Shown here piece after piece: positions 12,660 to 26,860 of a DNA stretch of 64,000 bases. Source of the stretch: Octopus sinensis (Eukaryota); contig NC_043007.1 of the NCBI RefSeq assembly GCF_006345805.1, positions 26,660,001 through 26,724,000 on the forward strand. The letters are read 5' to 3'. The translations under genes were made by a program, and so were the position numbers. Position 1 is the first letter of the stretch; every line of letters begins with the position of its first letter. Under the pieces are notes generated by a model. It was not told the DNA's origin, did not search any database, and saw only the letters and a program-made list of their open reading frames with translations.

Positions 12660-13169
12660 TTAATAATAATAGGGCTACAGCAAATATTCTGCTCAATACC
12701 ACAGATTTGCTTTTCACGTGTTTGACCTTAACCAGTTGAGCATGTCCCTTGGTGGCTGATGATATGTGCATCTCTGATCACGAGCAGAAGTAGTGAGGAA
12801 GAATCATAGCCATGTGTTGAGAGGGATTCTTTGGGGTTTGAATAATTCACCTCTTGAAACATGGGTGTTTCGTTCAACATCCTTAAACAACCCTTTTTCA
12901 GGGACATTTTGAGTGGGATGGGCTACTCGACCAGAAGAAAATTCTAACTGGGCCCCACCTGCAAGGTTATGCGCTGTTTATCTTGATATGAGATCACCAT
13001 GTCGCGTACACATGGTTATGATGCGTGTGCCTGGTGTACCCTTATCAAAGGGGTAGTCATGATGAGTATACTGGGCTTCATATATTTTCACCTAGTGTCA
13101 CTTTGATGGCATGCACTGCTCTCTCACGAAATAATAAACTTTCTAAACTTGTCACAAGGCTAGCAAATT

Positions 13170-14836
13170 TGATGATGATGATGAAGTAGAAGACGACGAC
13201 GTCGACGACGACGACGAAGAAGAAGAAGAAAAGAAGAAGAAGAAGAAGAAGAAGAAGAAGAAGAAGAGAAGAATAAGAAGAGAAGACGAGAAGAGAAGAA
13301 TACTAAGAAGAAGAATACGAAGAGAATAGAAGGAAGAAGAACGAAGAAGAAGAAGAAGAAGAAGAAGAAGAAGAGAGAAGAAGAAGAAGAAGAAGATAAG
13401 AACGAAGAAGACGACGACGACAATGCTGGTTTGGCGAAGACGACGAGAATGAGAAAGACGATGAGGAGGGGGTTGGAAGAGGAAGAGAAAAATGACGATG
13501 GCGACGATGCCGATGACTTTGATGGTGGTGTTGATTGTGACGATAATGATGATGAGAAGGAGAGGAAGGAGTAGGAAGAGGAAGAAGAAGAAGAAGGCAA
13601 TGAAGATAGTGATGATGATGATGATGATGACGACGACGACGTCGGTAACGCTGATGACGATGATGATGATGGTGATGATGATTATGATGATTGATGATGA
13701 TGATGATGACGTTGGCTGAAAAAAACCTAAAAAAAAGCAAATCAAATCCTTCACACTCCCAAACCTCCACCACCTCTGCCCCACGATATAATAAAATTCA
13801 TAAAATAGAAACCCTGTAGGAAATATTTTGAAACTTTTAAATTCCAATATCCGGTAGAAGTATAAAGGATAATTAGGGAGAATTAAGGGACGTGTTGTAA
13901 CGAACCCCTTAGGGAATTAACAATTAATAGAGGGGGATAGGATGACGCAAGGTGTGAAAAGAAGTAAGGAATCTGAAAGAAAAGGGATCAGGTCTCTTGT
14001 TCATCAGGCTGGTATTATTGATAGGGCAGCCAGTGAAGTAGACGATGATGATGATGATGACGATGATGGTATGATGATGATGGTGATGATGATGATGATG
14101 ATGATGATGATATGATGATGATGATGATGATGAGGATAATGATGATGATGATGATGATGACGACGACAATAATGATAACGATGATGAAGAGGACTATTTT
14201 TACTTTTTGCCCACGTGTACATACATATATAAATATATATATATATATGTATGTATGTGTGTGTGTGTGTGTGTTTGTGTGTGTATACATATATAAACAC
14301 ATATATGTACATATATACATATATAAACACATGTACATACATATAATATTTTATACATATATATACATGCATACATATATGATGTTTGTGGTTATGTATA
14401 AATTTATTTATGCTTGTTTCTATATATGCATATAATATATACATGTGTGTGTATAAACATCATGTTAAAGTTTAAAATAGAATTTAGAAATGTGATTGTT
14501 ATTGTTGTTTGCATTCGTTATTTGTGATTGTTGTTCTGTACATTTGCTTCATTGATTATTTCTATAGAATTTCATGTTTTTGTTTGTTATAAAAAAATTA
14601 TAACGATACTACAACTACTGCTACTGCTGCTGCTACTGCTGCTGCTATTGCTGCTAGTGATTATAGTTATATCGACAGCAACAACAAACATAACAACATC
14701 AGTAATAATGAGGATGATCATAATAATGATGATGATAATAATAATAATGATGATAATGAATAATAATAATAATATAATAATAATAATGATGATAATGATA
14801 TAATAATAATAATAATAATATAATAATAATAATAAT

Positions 14837-14898
<62 letters not shown>

Positions 14899-14924
14899 TA
14901 ATAATAATGATAATGATAATAATA

Positions 14925-14956
<32 letters not shown>

Positions 14957-14971
14957 TTAATAATAATAATG

Positions 14972-15043
<72 letters not shown>

Positions 15044-15045
15044 TC
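13170..15045. repeat. Compound trinucleotide microsatellites (GAA, GAC, GAT, TAA) and (TA)n
   Basis: Direct inspection. Confidence 0.95.
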
Positions 15046-15140
15046 CAGAACGACAACCAATCAGTTCTACAATGATAAAAATTAGTCTGAAAATATATTT
15101 CTTAATGGGTAAAATGAATGAATAGGAATCAATAACAACA

Positions 15141-16014
15141 GTTCCGAGGAGGGGGAGGAAGTACTTCATGGAAAGTTCCAAGGAGGGTGAGGATCGGGAA
15201 TAATTACTTCCTGGAAATTTCCGAGATGAGGACAAATAACATCCTGGTTATTTCCAAGGAGGGGAAGAATTACTTCCTGGAAAGTTCCACGGAGGGGTGG
15301 AATTATTTCCTGGAAAGTTCCGATGAGGGGGAAATGCCTACGTGAAAGTTCCAAGGAGGGGGAGGAAATAAAGAATTACTTCCTGGAAAATTTCCAGATG
15401 GGGAGGAAAGTGAGGAATTACTTCTTGGGAAGTTCTGAGGAGAGGTAATACCAACTGAAAAGTTCCAAAGATTGTGAGTATGGGGATGAATTACTTCCTG
15501 GAAAGTTCCCAGGAAGTGAGGAATTACTTCCTGGAAAATTCCAAGGAGGGGGAAATGTGGAATTTCTTTCTGGAAAGTTCCGAAGAGGGAAGGAATTACT
15601 TCGTTGAAAGTTCCAAGAAGGGGGAGTAATTACTTAGTGGAAATTTCTGAGGATGGAGAATTACTTTCTGGAAAGTTCGAAGGGGAGGTATTCCTTCCTG
15701 TAAAGTCCCGATCTGGGGGTGAATGACTTCCTGAAAAGTTGCGAGAAGGGGGAGAAATTACTTCATGGAATGTTCCGAGGCGGAAGGTAGTACTTCCTGC
15801 AAAGTTCCAAGGAGGGGTGGGAAGAGGATGAATTACTTCTTACAGAGTTCCGAGGAGGGGGTATTACTACCTGGATAATTCCTAGGAGCAGGAGGAATTA
15901 ATTCCGAAACGTTCCGAGGAGGGCTTTCTTCCTGGAACGTTTCGAAGATGGAGAACTTTGTGGGAGATGCTGATGAGGGGACAGAGAGGAAGGACTTCCT
16001 GGAAAGTTCCGAAG
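15141..16014 (+). repeat. Minisatellite, ~30-45-bp variable unit (GGAATTACTTCCTGGAAAGTTCCGAGGAGGGG)
   Basis: About 20 diverged units visible. Confidence 0.9.
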
Positions 16015-17174
16015 AACTTGAAAACGCCCGTAAATATATTTCTAAGTTACATTGGAATACCTAATTAAGGACTCGCTGATTTTATAACATGGTCAGGCCT
16101 AACCAAAAGACTTCTTGACATTGGAGTAAACGTTATATTGGGGCATCAATTTAAAGTAGGTGAATGAGCGGAAGTGCTTTTAAAAGTTAGGAGCTCAGAA
16201 GAGATTATCAGATACGAGAATGAACGTAAAAATCATATGAAATTAAAATTACACAAAAATAACAATAATTTTTTTATTTTCAAACCCAAAAAATAATCAT
16301 TCGAAATAAAATAAAATAAAATTTCAGAAATTATATGTAATTCTGAAGAAGTACCAAAATCTGTTTCCTTCATCATTAAAAGGCTCTAATTGTGAAGAAC
16401 ATCCGCTAATTCAACTCTAAAAGCTTTGGCGTCTCCATTAATTTCTTTCTTACAGTTTCTGGTCTTTTCACTAACACAAAATGGTGCTTAAATTTCAAGT
16501 CAACATTTGTTGTTTTTTTTTGCCACTCGTTTAACATATTTCTTTCCATTTTTTTTTGTCTCAGTCGGGCTCTCTTATTATCTTATTCTTCTAATTCTTT
16601 CATTATGTTCTACCAAGCCATTTTTTTGTTTCTTCATTTCCTTCCTTCGTTTATAATTTTTTTACATTTTTCTCTTCCTTTCTTTCATTCTGTCTGTCTT
16701 TATATCCTTCTTTCTGGTTCTGTCTATTTCTACCTGCCTTTCTCACATCCATATATTTTTCTACTATTTCCTATTGAATCTCATTCTCTTTCTTTTTTTT
16801 CCTTCTTTCTTTCCTCCTCTATGTTAACACCTTTCCGCCATGACACATAAACAATAGAAGCAAATTATTTCAGAAGTCTGTTAACAAATTAAACACAGGG
16901 GTTGCCTAAGGGTCTAGAAATCTTTTATGCTTTTCTTTCCTTCTTTCCGACAACTTACATCCATCCAGCCCCGCTCCTCCTCAACACCACTGCAGGAAAA
17001 TATAAAAACAACAACGTAATAAACAATAATATAATTACACACAACAACAACAAAAACAACACCAACACCTGCTGCGACAAAAGAAACAAAAGGAAATGCA
17101 AAAAAAGAATTAATTCAGGAGATCACATCAAACACAAATACAAGAACGAAACAATTGAAGAAGCAAGCATAAAC

Positions 17175-17226
17175 AACACAAATAATAATAATAATAATAA
17201 TGATGATGATGATGATGATGATGATA

Positions 17227-17267
<41 letters not shown>

Positions 17268-17340
17268 AATGATAATGATAATAATAATAATGATGATGAT
17301 GCTGATAATGATAATAATAATAATAATGATGATGATGATG

Positions 17341-17372
<32 letters not shown>

Positions 17373-17468
17373 GATGATGATGATGATGATAATGATAATG
17401 ATAATAATAATGATAATGATGATGATGATGATGATAATGATAATAATAATATACTGATGATGATGATG

Positions 17469-17539
<71 letters not shown>

Positions 17540-17582
17540 AATGATGATGATAATGATAATAATAATAATGATAATAATAATA

Positions 17583-17617
<35 letters not shown>

Positions 17618-17640
17618 AATAATAATAATCATAATGATAA
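17175..17640. repeat. (GAT/AAT)n compound microsatellite
   Basis: Direct inspection. Confidence 0.95.
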
Positions 17641-18164
17641 ATTTTGACACAAGGCCAGCAATCTCAGGGAAGGGGTAGGTTGATTACATCGACCCAAGTA
17701 CTCACCTGGTACTTTTTCATTGACTACGAAAGGATAAAACGTAAAGTCAACTTCGAAAGGGTTTGAACTCGGAAGGTAAAGACAGACCAAATTTTGCCCG
17801 TCGTGCTAACAATTCTGCCAGCTTGCTGCCTTATTAATAATAAGGCTTTCAAATTTTAGTACAATGCCAGCAAATTCAGGGGGAGGGGATGAGGCGATTG
17901 CATTAACACTTGCACCTGACTGAGTCTTATTTTATCGAACCCAATAAGATGAAAAGTAAAGTCTATCCCGGTGGCATCTGAACTTAGGACAAAAAAAAAA
18001 TGCTGCGTAGCATATTCTTCTGGGACGATAACCATTTTGCCATCTCGTCACCTTCATTCGATACCAATATAGGCACAGGACCAACAGCGTCTATGGGAGG
18101 AGAGGAAAGTCGACTTCATCGAGCTCAGAACGCAACTGTATATGTGTGTATATATACATATATA

Positions 18165-18801
<637 letters not shown>

Positions 18802-18824
18802 TATATATATATATATAAAGTTAC

Positions 18825-19105
18825 CCTCCCAGGCACAAGTCCGGGCAAGGTTGTTTATGGAAGACCAGCAGTCGCCCATGCATACCAGCCTCCCCTCTCC
18901 ACGCCACCAGTGTTATCCAAGGGAAAAGCAAAGGCTGATACAGCTTGGCACCAGTGATTTTGCAACTCATTTCTACAGCTGTGTGAACTGGAGCAACGTA
19001 AAATAAAGTGTCTTGCTCAAGAACACAATACGCAGCCCGGTCCGGGATTCGAACTCATAACCTCACGTACGTACGCTCAACGCTCTAACCCCTGCGCTTT
19101 CACAT
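18825..19105 (-). mobile_element. SINE-D head with a second tail type
   Basis: Same CTGGAGCAACGT(A/G)AAATAAAGTGTCTTGCTCAAG block as 4290-4320, but an unrelated 3' part. Confidence 0.72.
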
Positions 19106-19129
19106 GTGTATATATATAGTAATTACATG

Positions 19130-19745
19130 GCAATATGTTTCTGCAGTACTGGTTTTTCTGGGTTTTAAGAAGTTATAGTGGATGAGTTCAGCACTACACC
19201 ACCAAACATTCACCATAATCTTCTTTTTGAAGAGCTCGGGTTTCAATGCTTCATTTTGATCCAGCCACTGCGAAGAACGTTTTTTTTATTATTGTACAGA
19301 ATCCAATTTTTATCACAAGTAACGACAGAATCCACTTTTTATCACAAGTAACGATACGGTCGAGAAAAGGATTTGTCTGGTTAGGGAGGAGAAATTATGA
19401 GCAAATTTCATATCTGCGCATTTTCTGATTTTCATTCAAAACATATGGTACCCATTTTGTCGAGCTTTTTTGATTTTCCGATTGCATTCAAATTGTTGCA
19501 GGCAGTTTTCTGGCTAACTTGAAGTTCTTTCGCCAGTTCTCAAACGGTTTTACGTTGCTCTTTTTCAGTGACGGTCTTTAACTGACCGTCATCAATGATA
19601 GATAGGCGTCCAATAGCTCACAACTTCACGGTTTAAGTTTCCACTGCGAAATCGTTTAAACCATTTTCCAGCTGACCACTCGCACTCACTGGTCATTTCC
19701 TCACCAAGCGTTTCGTTGATATCGTGAACAGTTTCAACTGCTTTA
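19130..19745 (-). mobile_element. Degraded mariner transposase fragment
   Basis: Minus-strand translation gives KWFKRFRSGN, KKLDK(W)VPYVLNE, FLDRIVTCDKKWI and KIMVNVWW, with stops and shifts. Truncated by the CR1-like insertion. Confidence 0.8.
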
Positions 19746-19748
19746 CGT

Positions 19749-20205
19749 CTGATTGATTGATTGATTCTAGTTTCAGCTCACGAGCTGTGGCCATGCTGGG
19801 GCACCGCCATTTGGTGTTGCTACATGGTTTTACTTCACGAATGCTTTTTAGCAACTGCCATTTGGTGCATGAGAGAGTTCGATGCAGCTGCCCTCATCTG
19901 CACCTCCTGCCGTGAAGTTGGTTCATCTGGGATACCTGACAAGAAGAGATCCAGTTTCATTTTAAAGACATCTGCATCCACCCCATGCAGGTCTCTTAGG
20001 TTCTTCGGGGGGATATTGAAGAGCTGTGGGCCTCGGAAGCCCAGGCTATCACAGTATCTTGTCCTACATCTTGATGGCAAATTTGGAGTCCTTGGCACTA
20101 TGCAGTGGCGCCCAGTTCTGGCATTTGTGTTACTCTCGATGCCAAAGTTTGGGACAAGTCCTTCCAGGATCTTCCAGATGTATATTATGGCATATCTTTC
20201 TCCTT
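19749..20205 (-). mobile_element. 5'-truncated CR1/L2-like LINE 3' end with (CAAT)n tail
   Basis: ERYAIIYIWKILEGLVPN...RGPQLFN...FKMKLDLFLSGIPDEP is typical of the CR1-group ORF2 C-terminus. Followed by a short 3' UTR and GATT repeats on the plus strand. Confidence 0.8.
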
Positions 20206-20554
20206 TTTTTTTTTTGGAAGATGAGTAACAAAATTGCTCGAATATCGCGCTTTGACACTTCCACTTCAGATAAGTGTAACAACGATGAAAAAAAATAGCA
20301 ATATTAATGTATTGATGCATTTGAGCAAGTCTGTGTCTTTATTATCAGACAATTGCAAAGAAATGTTTTAAAAATTCAAAACTTAGCAAAAATTCTGTAC
20401 AAATTCTTCACTTTCAAAGCATTGCTTTCTTTTTACTCAGCCTGAGAAATTGATAGACATACATACAGACACACAGATATGTAGGCATAAGTATATGAAT
20501 ATAATTACAATATTTTTGTAAAATTATTAAACTTACTCCACAAAAGACGTTTCT

Positions 20555-20642
20555 ATACATACATACATACATACATACATACATACATGCATACATACAT
20601 ACATACATACATACACACATACATACATACATACATACATAC

Positions 20643-20673
<31 letters not shown>

Positions 20674-21760
20674 CATACATACGTACATACGTACGTTCGT
20701 ACGTACATACATACATACATACATACATACATACATACATACATGCACAATGCCTAATTACCAATCTTGAGAAGTTAGGCTTCTCAAAACCAGTAAGGGG
20801 CAGACTATAGGTTCAAGCCATCACTGGAACCGTAAAAACCTGTAAAAGTCTCCAGAAGTTTATCATTTAAGTTTATACGAGTATATCTAGACATGCAACT
20901 ATATGCATGAGAAAACATACAAATCTGCACGTATACATACATACATACATACATACATACATACATACATACATACATACATACATACATACATGCATGC
21001 ATACATACATACATACATACATGCATGCATGCATACATACATACATACATACAAACATACATACAAACATCCATCCATACATACATACATACATACATAC
21101 ATACATACATACATACATACATACATACATACATACAAACAAACAAACAAAAATGCCCTGTTGTTGATGTTGAAATTCCAATGAAGGTACCTTGGATCTA
21201 GGTTAGAAACCGGCGCTTTCCCTATTCGCAAGAAATCTTGAAATAAAACTAAATAATGATACAGATACATACATAATACATACGTACACTCATACATACA
21301 TAAATACATATATACATACACACAAGCATACATACATATAATCACATACATGCATACAAACATACATTTATACACACATACATACATACATATATACACA
21401 TGCATAGATAAATACATACATGCATACATACATACATACATACTTATATACATACATACATACATACATACATACATACATACATACATACATAAAGCAT
21501 ACAGACATACATAAATACATACATACATAAATACATACGTAAATATATACATACATACATGCATATATACATTTATACACACATACATACAGACATACAG
21601 AGATGTAGGTATAAGCATATGAATATAATTACAATATTTTTGTAAAATTATTAAATTGTATGCATACATACATACATGCATACATACATACATACATACA
21701 CACATACATACATACATACATACATACATACATACATACATACATACATACATACATAAT
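20555..21760. repeat. (ATAC)n arrays
   Basis: Direct inspection. Confidence 0.95.
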
Positions 21761-22227
21761 GATGCATAAAGGTAATGTATCTTTCTACTTTAGATTTTAA
21801 AACAAAATTGTCCATTTTTTACTAGTCTGGTTTCACATTGCGCAAAATGAAATAATTATGAGATAGACACGTTTGTGTTATTGCTAGCTCTTCAATTCTG
21901 CATCTATTGGCTTTTAGCTGGTGCTTTTGTGTGCTTTCAAAAACATGCTTACTACTTCAGCTTCTTATATTTTGGAAAGTCTGCGATATAAACAGCAGAT
22001 AATGATAAACAGACAAACTCTATTGTTAGCAAACTTCCTGGAGAGCCTGTACTTGCAGTACAGCTCCTTGTTCAAAGCCAAACGCTTCATAATTATATTG
22101 TTAGATATCTGCAGGAAGAGACGCTTCCTATAGCGTGCCGTCTTATTCAAAACCGAACGAAACAGCTCTTGTTTGCTAAATATGTCCTGCTATGCTAGAG
22201 AAATAAGAAAGGTAACCGGTTATTATA

Positions 22228-22940
22228 TATAGGAAGGAGTACCCGAAAGAAACCGGAATTTTGCAATATTATTTTATTCAATTAGTTTTACATGTTCACA
22301 CTTTTATCGTCTTCAAATTATCCTCGATTTGAAGCCATGCATTGGTCCAGACGCGTCTTCCATTGTTCGAAGCAGTGCTGGAACTCTTGCGATTTGATGC
22401 CTTTTTTTTCTTCACCTCTTCCACATCTATAAATTCTGTAGTGCCAGCTTTCGTCACCAGTGATGACCTTCGAAAAAAGATCCGCATCAACTTCCAACTG
22501 TTCTTTCTGTTCTCGACACGTATTCAGCCGTGACTACTTTTGATCTTCCGTGAGCAAGCGAGGCACAAATTTTACTGCAACTTTCGCAATTCCACGCTCA
22601 AAATTTGTTGGCAGCAGGACCAGGACACGCCAGTCTTATCAACAAGTTGGTCAATTGTCCGATGACAGTCTCCCAAGATCAGTTTATCTAATTTTCATGA
22701 TGTTTTCATTCGTTCTAGAGGTCGACGACCGTCCTGAAAGAAGTTGGTCTTCGAGCTACAAGTGACCATTCCTTAAGAGTGAAAACCACTCGTAAACCTG
22801 CGTTTTGCTCACGGCAGCGTCCTTGTAAGCTGCTTGGTCGTCGTTTTCCCGAGCAGAAAACAGGATTTCACGAAAAAAAAAAAATAACACAATTACAATT
22901 GTCGTTGTTAAAGCATATCCCGGACGCGAATTTTTTTCCT
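22228..22940 (-). mobile_element. Degraded, internally deleted mariner
   Basis: Remnants such as KVAVKFVPRLL and DVEEVKKK...FQHCFEQWKTRLDQCMASN, in shifted frames. Confidence 0.7.
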
Positions 22941-23846
22941 ACGAGAGTTCCGGAACCCAGAAATGAACTCATTTGCATATAGCCAATCAGAGCTCACATT
23001 GACCTTGACAAGTTAAAAATCACACTCTACCATGTAAACTCAAGACTAAGAATGGTGTTGTAAGTTGACCGATCACCAAATTATGCCTGATTTTAGGGGA
23101 CAAGTAATTAGATTTGTATCAATATCTATTATCGGATTTTGTTTCGATTTGTTCGCTGTTTTCATTTCTCACATGCGACTATCTATAACTGACACTGTTA
23201 TAAAAACAATGATGTGATACTGGCTTCAAATTTTTATACAAGGCCAGCAATTTCGTGGGCTGGGGTGGAGGGGCGGTTAGTCGATTACATCGACCCCAAT
23301 ACCCGAATGGTACTTATTTTATTGACACCGATACGATGAAAGGTAACGTCGACCTCAGCGGAATTTGAACCGCTAAGCATTTTGTTCAGCGTGCTAACTG
23401 TTCTACAAACTCGCTACCTCAACTTGATGAAATATTAGTTTCAAATATTGGCACAAGGCCAGTAATTTCAGAGTAAGGCGCTGTACTGCAAGTACAGGCT
23501 CTCCAGGAAGTTTGCTAACAATAGAGTTTGTCTGTTTATCATTATCTGCTGTTTATATCGCAGACTTTCCAAAATATGTGAGAGATGTGGATGAGAAAAA
23601 TGTGGGTAGAGGGTGATGTGCTAGCAACCCTCTCTCTCCTTACTATTCTACAAAGTAAATAACAACACAAATGATGACGTAGAGGCAGAGAAGAACAAAA
23701 ACAACAAGCACTATTAAAAGAGAAAAGAAACATGGTCATTCCTTACCCATGTGATCATATCTTATCGCACATCACGTGTTATGCGCCCATAAATTTGTTT
23801 GATAGTTGAGCTCTGATTGGCTGTATGCAAATGATTTCATAACTGG

Positions 23847-24230
23847 TGGAAGCACTCCGTCGGTTACGACGACGAGGGTTTCGGTTGATCCGAATCAACG
23901 GAACAGCCTGCTCGTGAAATTAACGTGTAAGTGGCTGAGCATTCCACAGACACGTGTACCCTTAACGCAGTTCTCGGGGATATTCAGCGCGACAAAAGAG
24001 AGTGACAAGGCCGGCCCCTTGAAATACAGGTACAACAGAAACAGGAAGTAAGAGTGAGAGAAAGTTGTGGTGAAAGAGTACAGCAGGGATCACCAACATC
24101 CCTGCCAGAGCCTCGTGGAGCTTTTAGGTGTTTTCGCTCAATAAACACTCACAACGCCCGATCTGGGAATCGAAACCGCGATCTTATGACCACGAGTCCG
24201 CTGCCATAACCACTGGGCCATTGCGCCTCC
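23847..24230 (-). mobile_element. SINE-A, full length
   Basis: Family match; TSD TTCATAACTGG (23836-23846, 24234-24244). Confidence 0.92.
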
Positions 24231-24421
24231 TAGTTCATAACTGGGGTCCGGAACTCTCGCTGGAAAGAGGACAAATCCCACAAGTTGACTAACATAAAAA
24301 TAGCAAGAGATCGGAAGTCATTTTTAAACACACAATGATATTGATAAACATTAAAAGAAACCACTTGATTGGGCAAAGAAAGAAAAAACGTAGTTTTTCT
24401 TAAGTATTCCTGAGAGCATTC

Positions 24422-24952
24422 CCCTTCCTCGGAACTTTCCAGGAAGTAGTTACTCCCCTTCCTCTCCCTCCTCGAAACTTTCCAGAAAGTAATTCCTTTT
24501 ATCCCCACCTCCACGGAACTTTCCAGGAAGTAATTACTCCTGTCCTTGGAACTTTCCATTAAGTAATTCCACCAAGGATCTTTCCAGGAAGTACTTTCTC
24601 CCCTTCCTCTCCCTCCTCGTAACTTTCCAGGAGATAATTCCTTCTCCTCGGAACTTTCTAGGAAATAATTCCTCACCCTAGCTCTCCCTCCTCGAAACTT
24701 TCCAGAAAGTAATTCCTTTTATCCACACACACGGAACTTTCCAGGAAGTAATTACTCCTCTCCTTGGAACTTTCCATTAAGTAATTCCCCCAAGGATCTT
24801 TCCAGGAAGTACTTCCTCCCCTTCCTCTCTCTCCTCGTAACTTTCCAGGAGATAATTCCTTCTCCTCGGAACTTTCTAGGAAATAATTCCTCACCCTAGC
24901 TCTTCCTCCCTCGGAACTTTCCATGACATCATTCCTCCACCTCCTCGGAACT
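24422..24952 (-). repeat. Same minisatellite family in opposite orientation, with a ~220-bp higher-order duplication
   Basis: GGAACTTTCCAGGAAGTAATT units; the block starting at 24463 recurs at 24683. Confidence 0.9.
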
Positions 24953-26361
24953 AAATTGCTCCTTATCTAACTTGGTTCCATTGGAATGTCTGTGAGCTAC
25001 CTACTTCAAAAAATCAATTCTTCGACATGATAATTAACTCATAGCTAGGACCCTGACAGGTTTTTCTATTCCGGATCAGCAGAGATCTGAGAATAATAGT
25101 TGTACAACAGATAACTAAAGCATTACATTTTTAAGTGGAATAATGTTTTCTTTCGAATATGTCTCGCCATATTTAAAAGCCAGTTCTTCCTTTGTTGTTA
25201 AATCTACGAACACAGAAATTGACTAAGAAGATGATTGTCATCGCAAAACGTTACATTCCCTATCAAAATGACTCCAGCACCTTTTAAACAGGAGATATTG
25301 ATGTATAAGGAAATTTAAAATGTTTAAAATCCTATAATTTTGTTTAAACATTCCGATTTGTTCGCTGTTTTCATTTCTCACATGCGACTATCTATAACTG
25401 ACAATGTTATAAAAACAATGATGTGATACTGGCTTCAAATTTTTATACAAGGCCAGCAATTTCGTGGGCTGGGGTGGAGGGGCGGTTAGTCGATTACATC
25501 GACCCCAATACCCGAATGGTACTTATTTTATTGACTCCGATAAGATGAAAGGTAACGTCGACCTCAGCGGAATTTGAACCGCTAAGCATTTTGTTCAGCG
25601 TCCTAACTGTTCTACAAACTCGCTACCTCAACTTGATGAAATATTAGTTTCAAATATTGGCACAAGGCCAGTAATTTCAGAGTAAGGAGTAAGTTGATTA
25701 CATGGACTCTAGTAATCAACTGGTACTTATTTTACCCAACCCGACAGGATGAAAGCTAAAGTCGATGCTGGTGGGATTTGAACTCAGAGCGTAAAAATGA
25801 ACAAAATGCCGTCAAACATTTTGCCGGAGTGCTAACTATTCTGCCAGTTTGCCGCTTTAAATTGATGAAATATTAGAATTTATAAGGAAAGAAGTATACT
25901 CTTTCTTCTCACAAAAGTACCTGGTACAGCTTTGATTAGCAAATGCAGCATATTCGGAGCTTAACAGAGGACCTCTCCAAAGACGACAAGTTGGCAGAAC
26001 CGTTAACGGCATTTCACCCGTCTTTACTTTCTTAGTTCAAATTCCGCCGAGGTGGAGTTCGCCTTTTATCATTTTGTCATCGATGAAATAGGTACCAGTT
26101 GAGCACTGAGATTGATGCATTCGACTAACCCTTTCCACGGAAATTGCTGGCCTTGTGCCAAAACTTGAATTCGATATATATTATGTTTCGTTTTTAGTTT
26201 CTACGCACAAACACGTTCTACTTATATATGTTATAACACAACCCACTGATAATAAATGTCTTATTAGTATTTTCCACTAATACCAATAATATATCAGTAA
26301 CTGACTTGAATAATCTCTCCCTGGGAATGTTATGACTGTAATTTCTATTAAATAAAATAGT

Positions 26362-26860
26362 TTCTGTTGTGTCTGGGGAGAGTCATTTTCTTTTTGTGCC
26401 TTATAATATATATTTCTTTACTACCCACAAGGGGCTAAACACAGAGAGGACAAACATGGGCAGACAAACGGATTAAGTCGATTATATCGACCCCAGTGCG
26501 TAACTGGTACTTAATTTATCGACCCCGAAAGGATGAAAGGCAAAGTCGACCTCGGTGGAATTTGAACTCAGAACGTAATGGCAGACGAAATACCGCTAAG
26601 CATTTCATCCGGCGTGCTAACGTTTCTGCCAGCTCAACGCCTTATAATATAACACACACACCGGTAAAGTTTCCACTTTTTTTCTTGTTTTTATTTTCCT
26701 AAAATTTTCGTTGCGTCTTGCAACCTTTTCAATAGTTTTGACGCAAGACGCAACGAAACTTTCAGGAAAATAAAATTAAGAAAAAAGGGGAAATTTTACC
26801 GGTGAGTGTGTTATATTATAAGGCACAAAAAGAAAATGACTCTCCCCAGACACAACAGAA
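26362..26860. mobile_element. Fold-back element (Penelope-like), interrupted by a SINE-B
   Basis: Outer arms TTCTGTTGTGTCTGGGGAGAGTCATTTTC... are mirrored at 26860. Hammerhead-like motif at 26699-26735 (minus). Related copy at 9200-9440. Confidence 0.7.
26411..26638 (-). mobile_element. SINE-B, full length
   Basis: Family match; TSD GCCTTATAATATA (26398-26410, 26639-26651). Confidence 0.92.

Noticed and set aside
15141-16014. CRISPR-like array
   Set aside because: The units are degenerate tandem repeats without unique spacers, in eukaryotic context with no cas genes.
21967-23577. 1.6-kb DNA transposon with 98-bp TIRs
   Set aside because: No TSD, the interior is a patchwork of unrelated repeats, and the right arm joins a local duplicate through microhomology. 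Templated insertion fits better.
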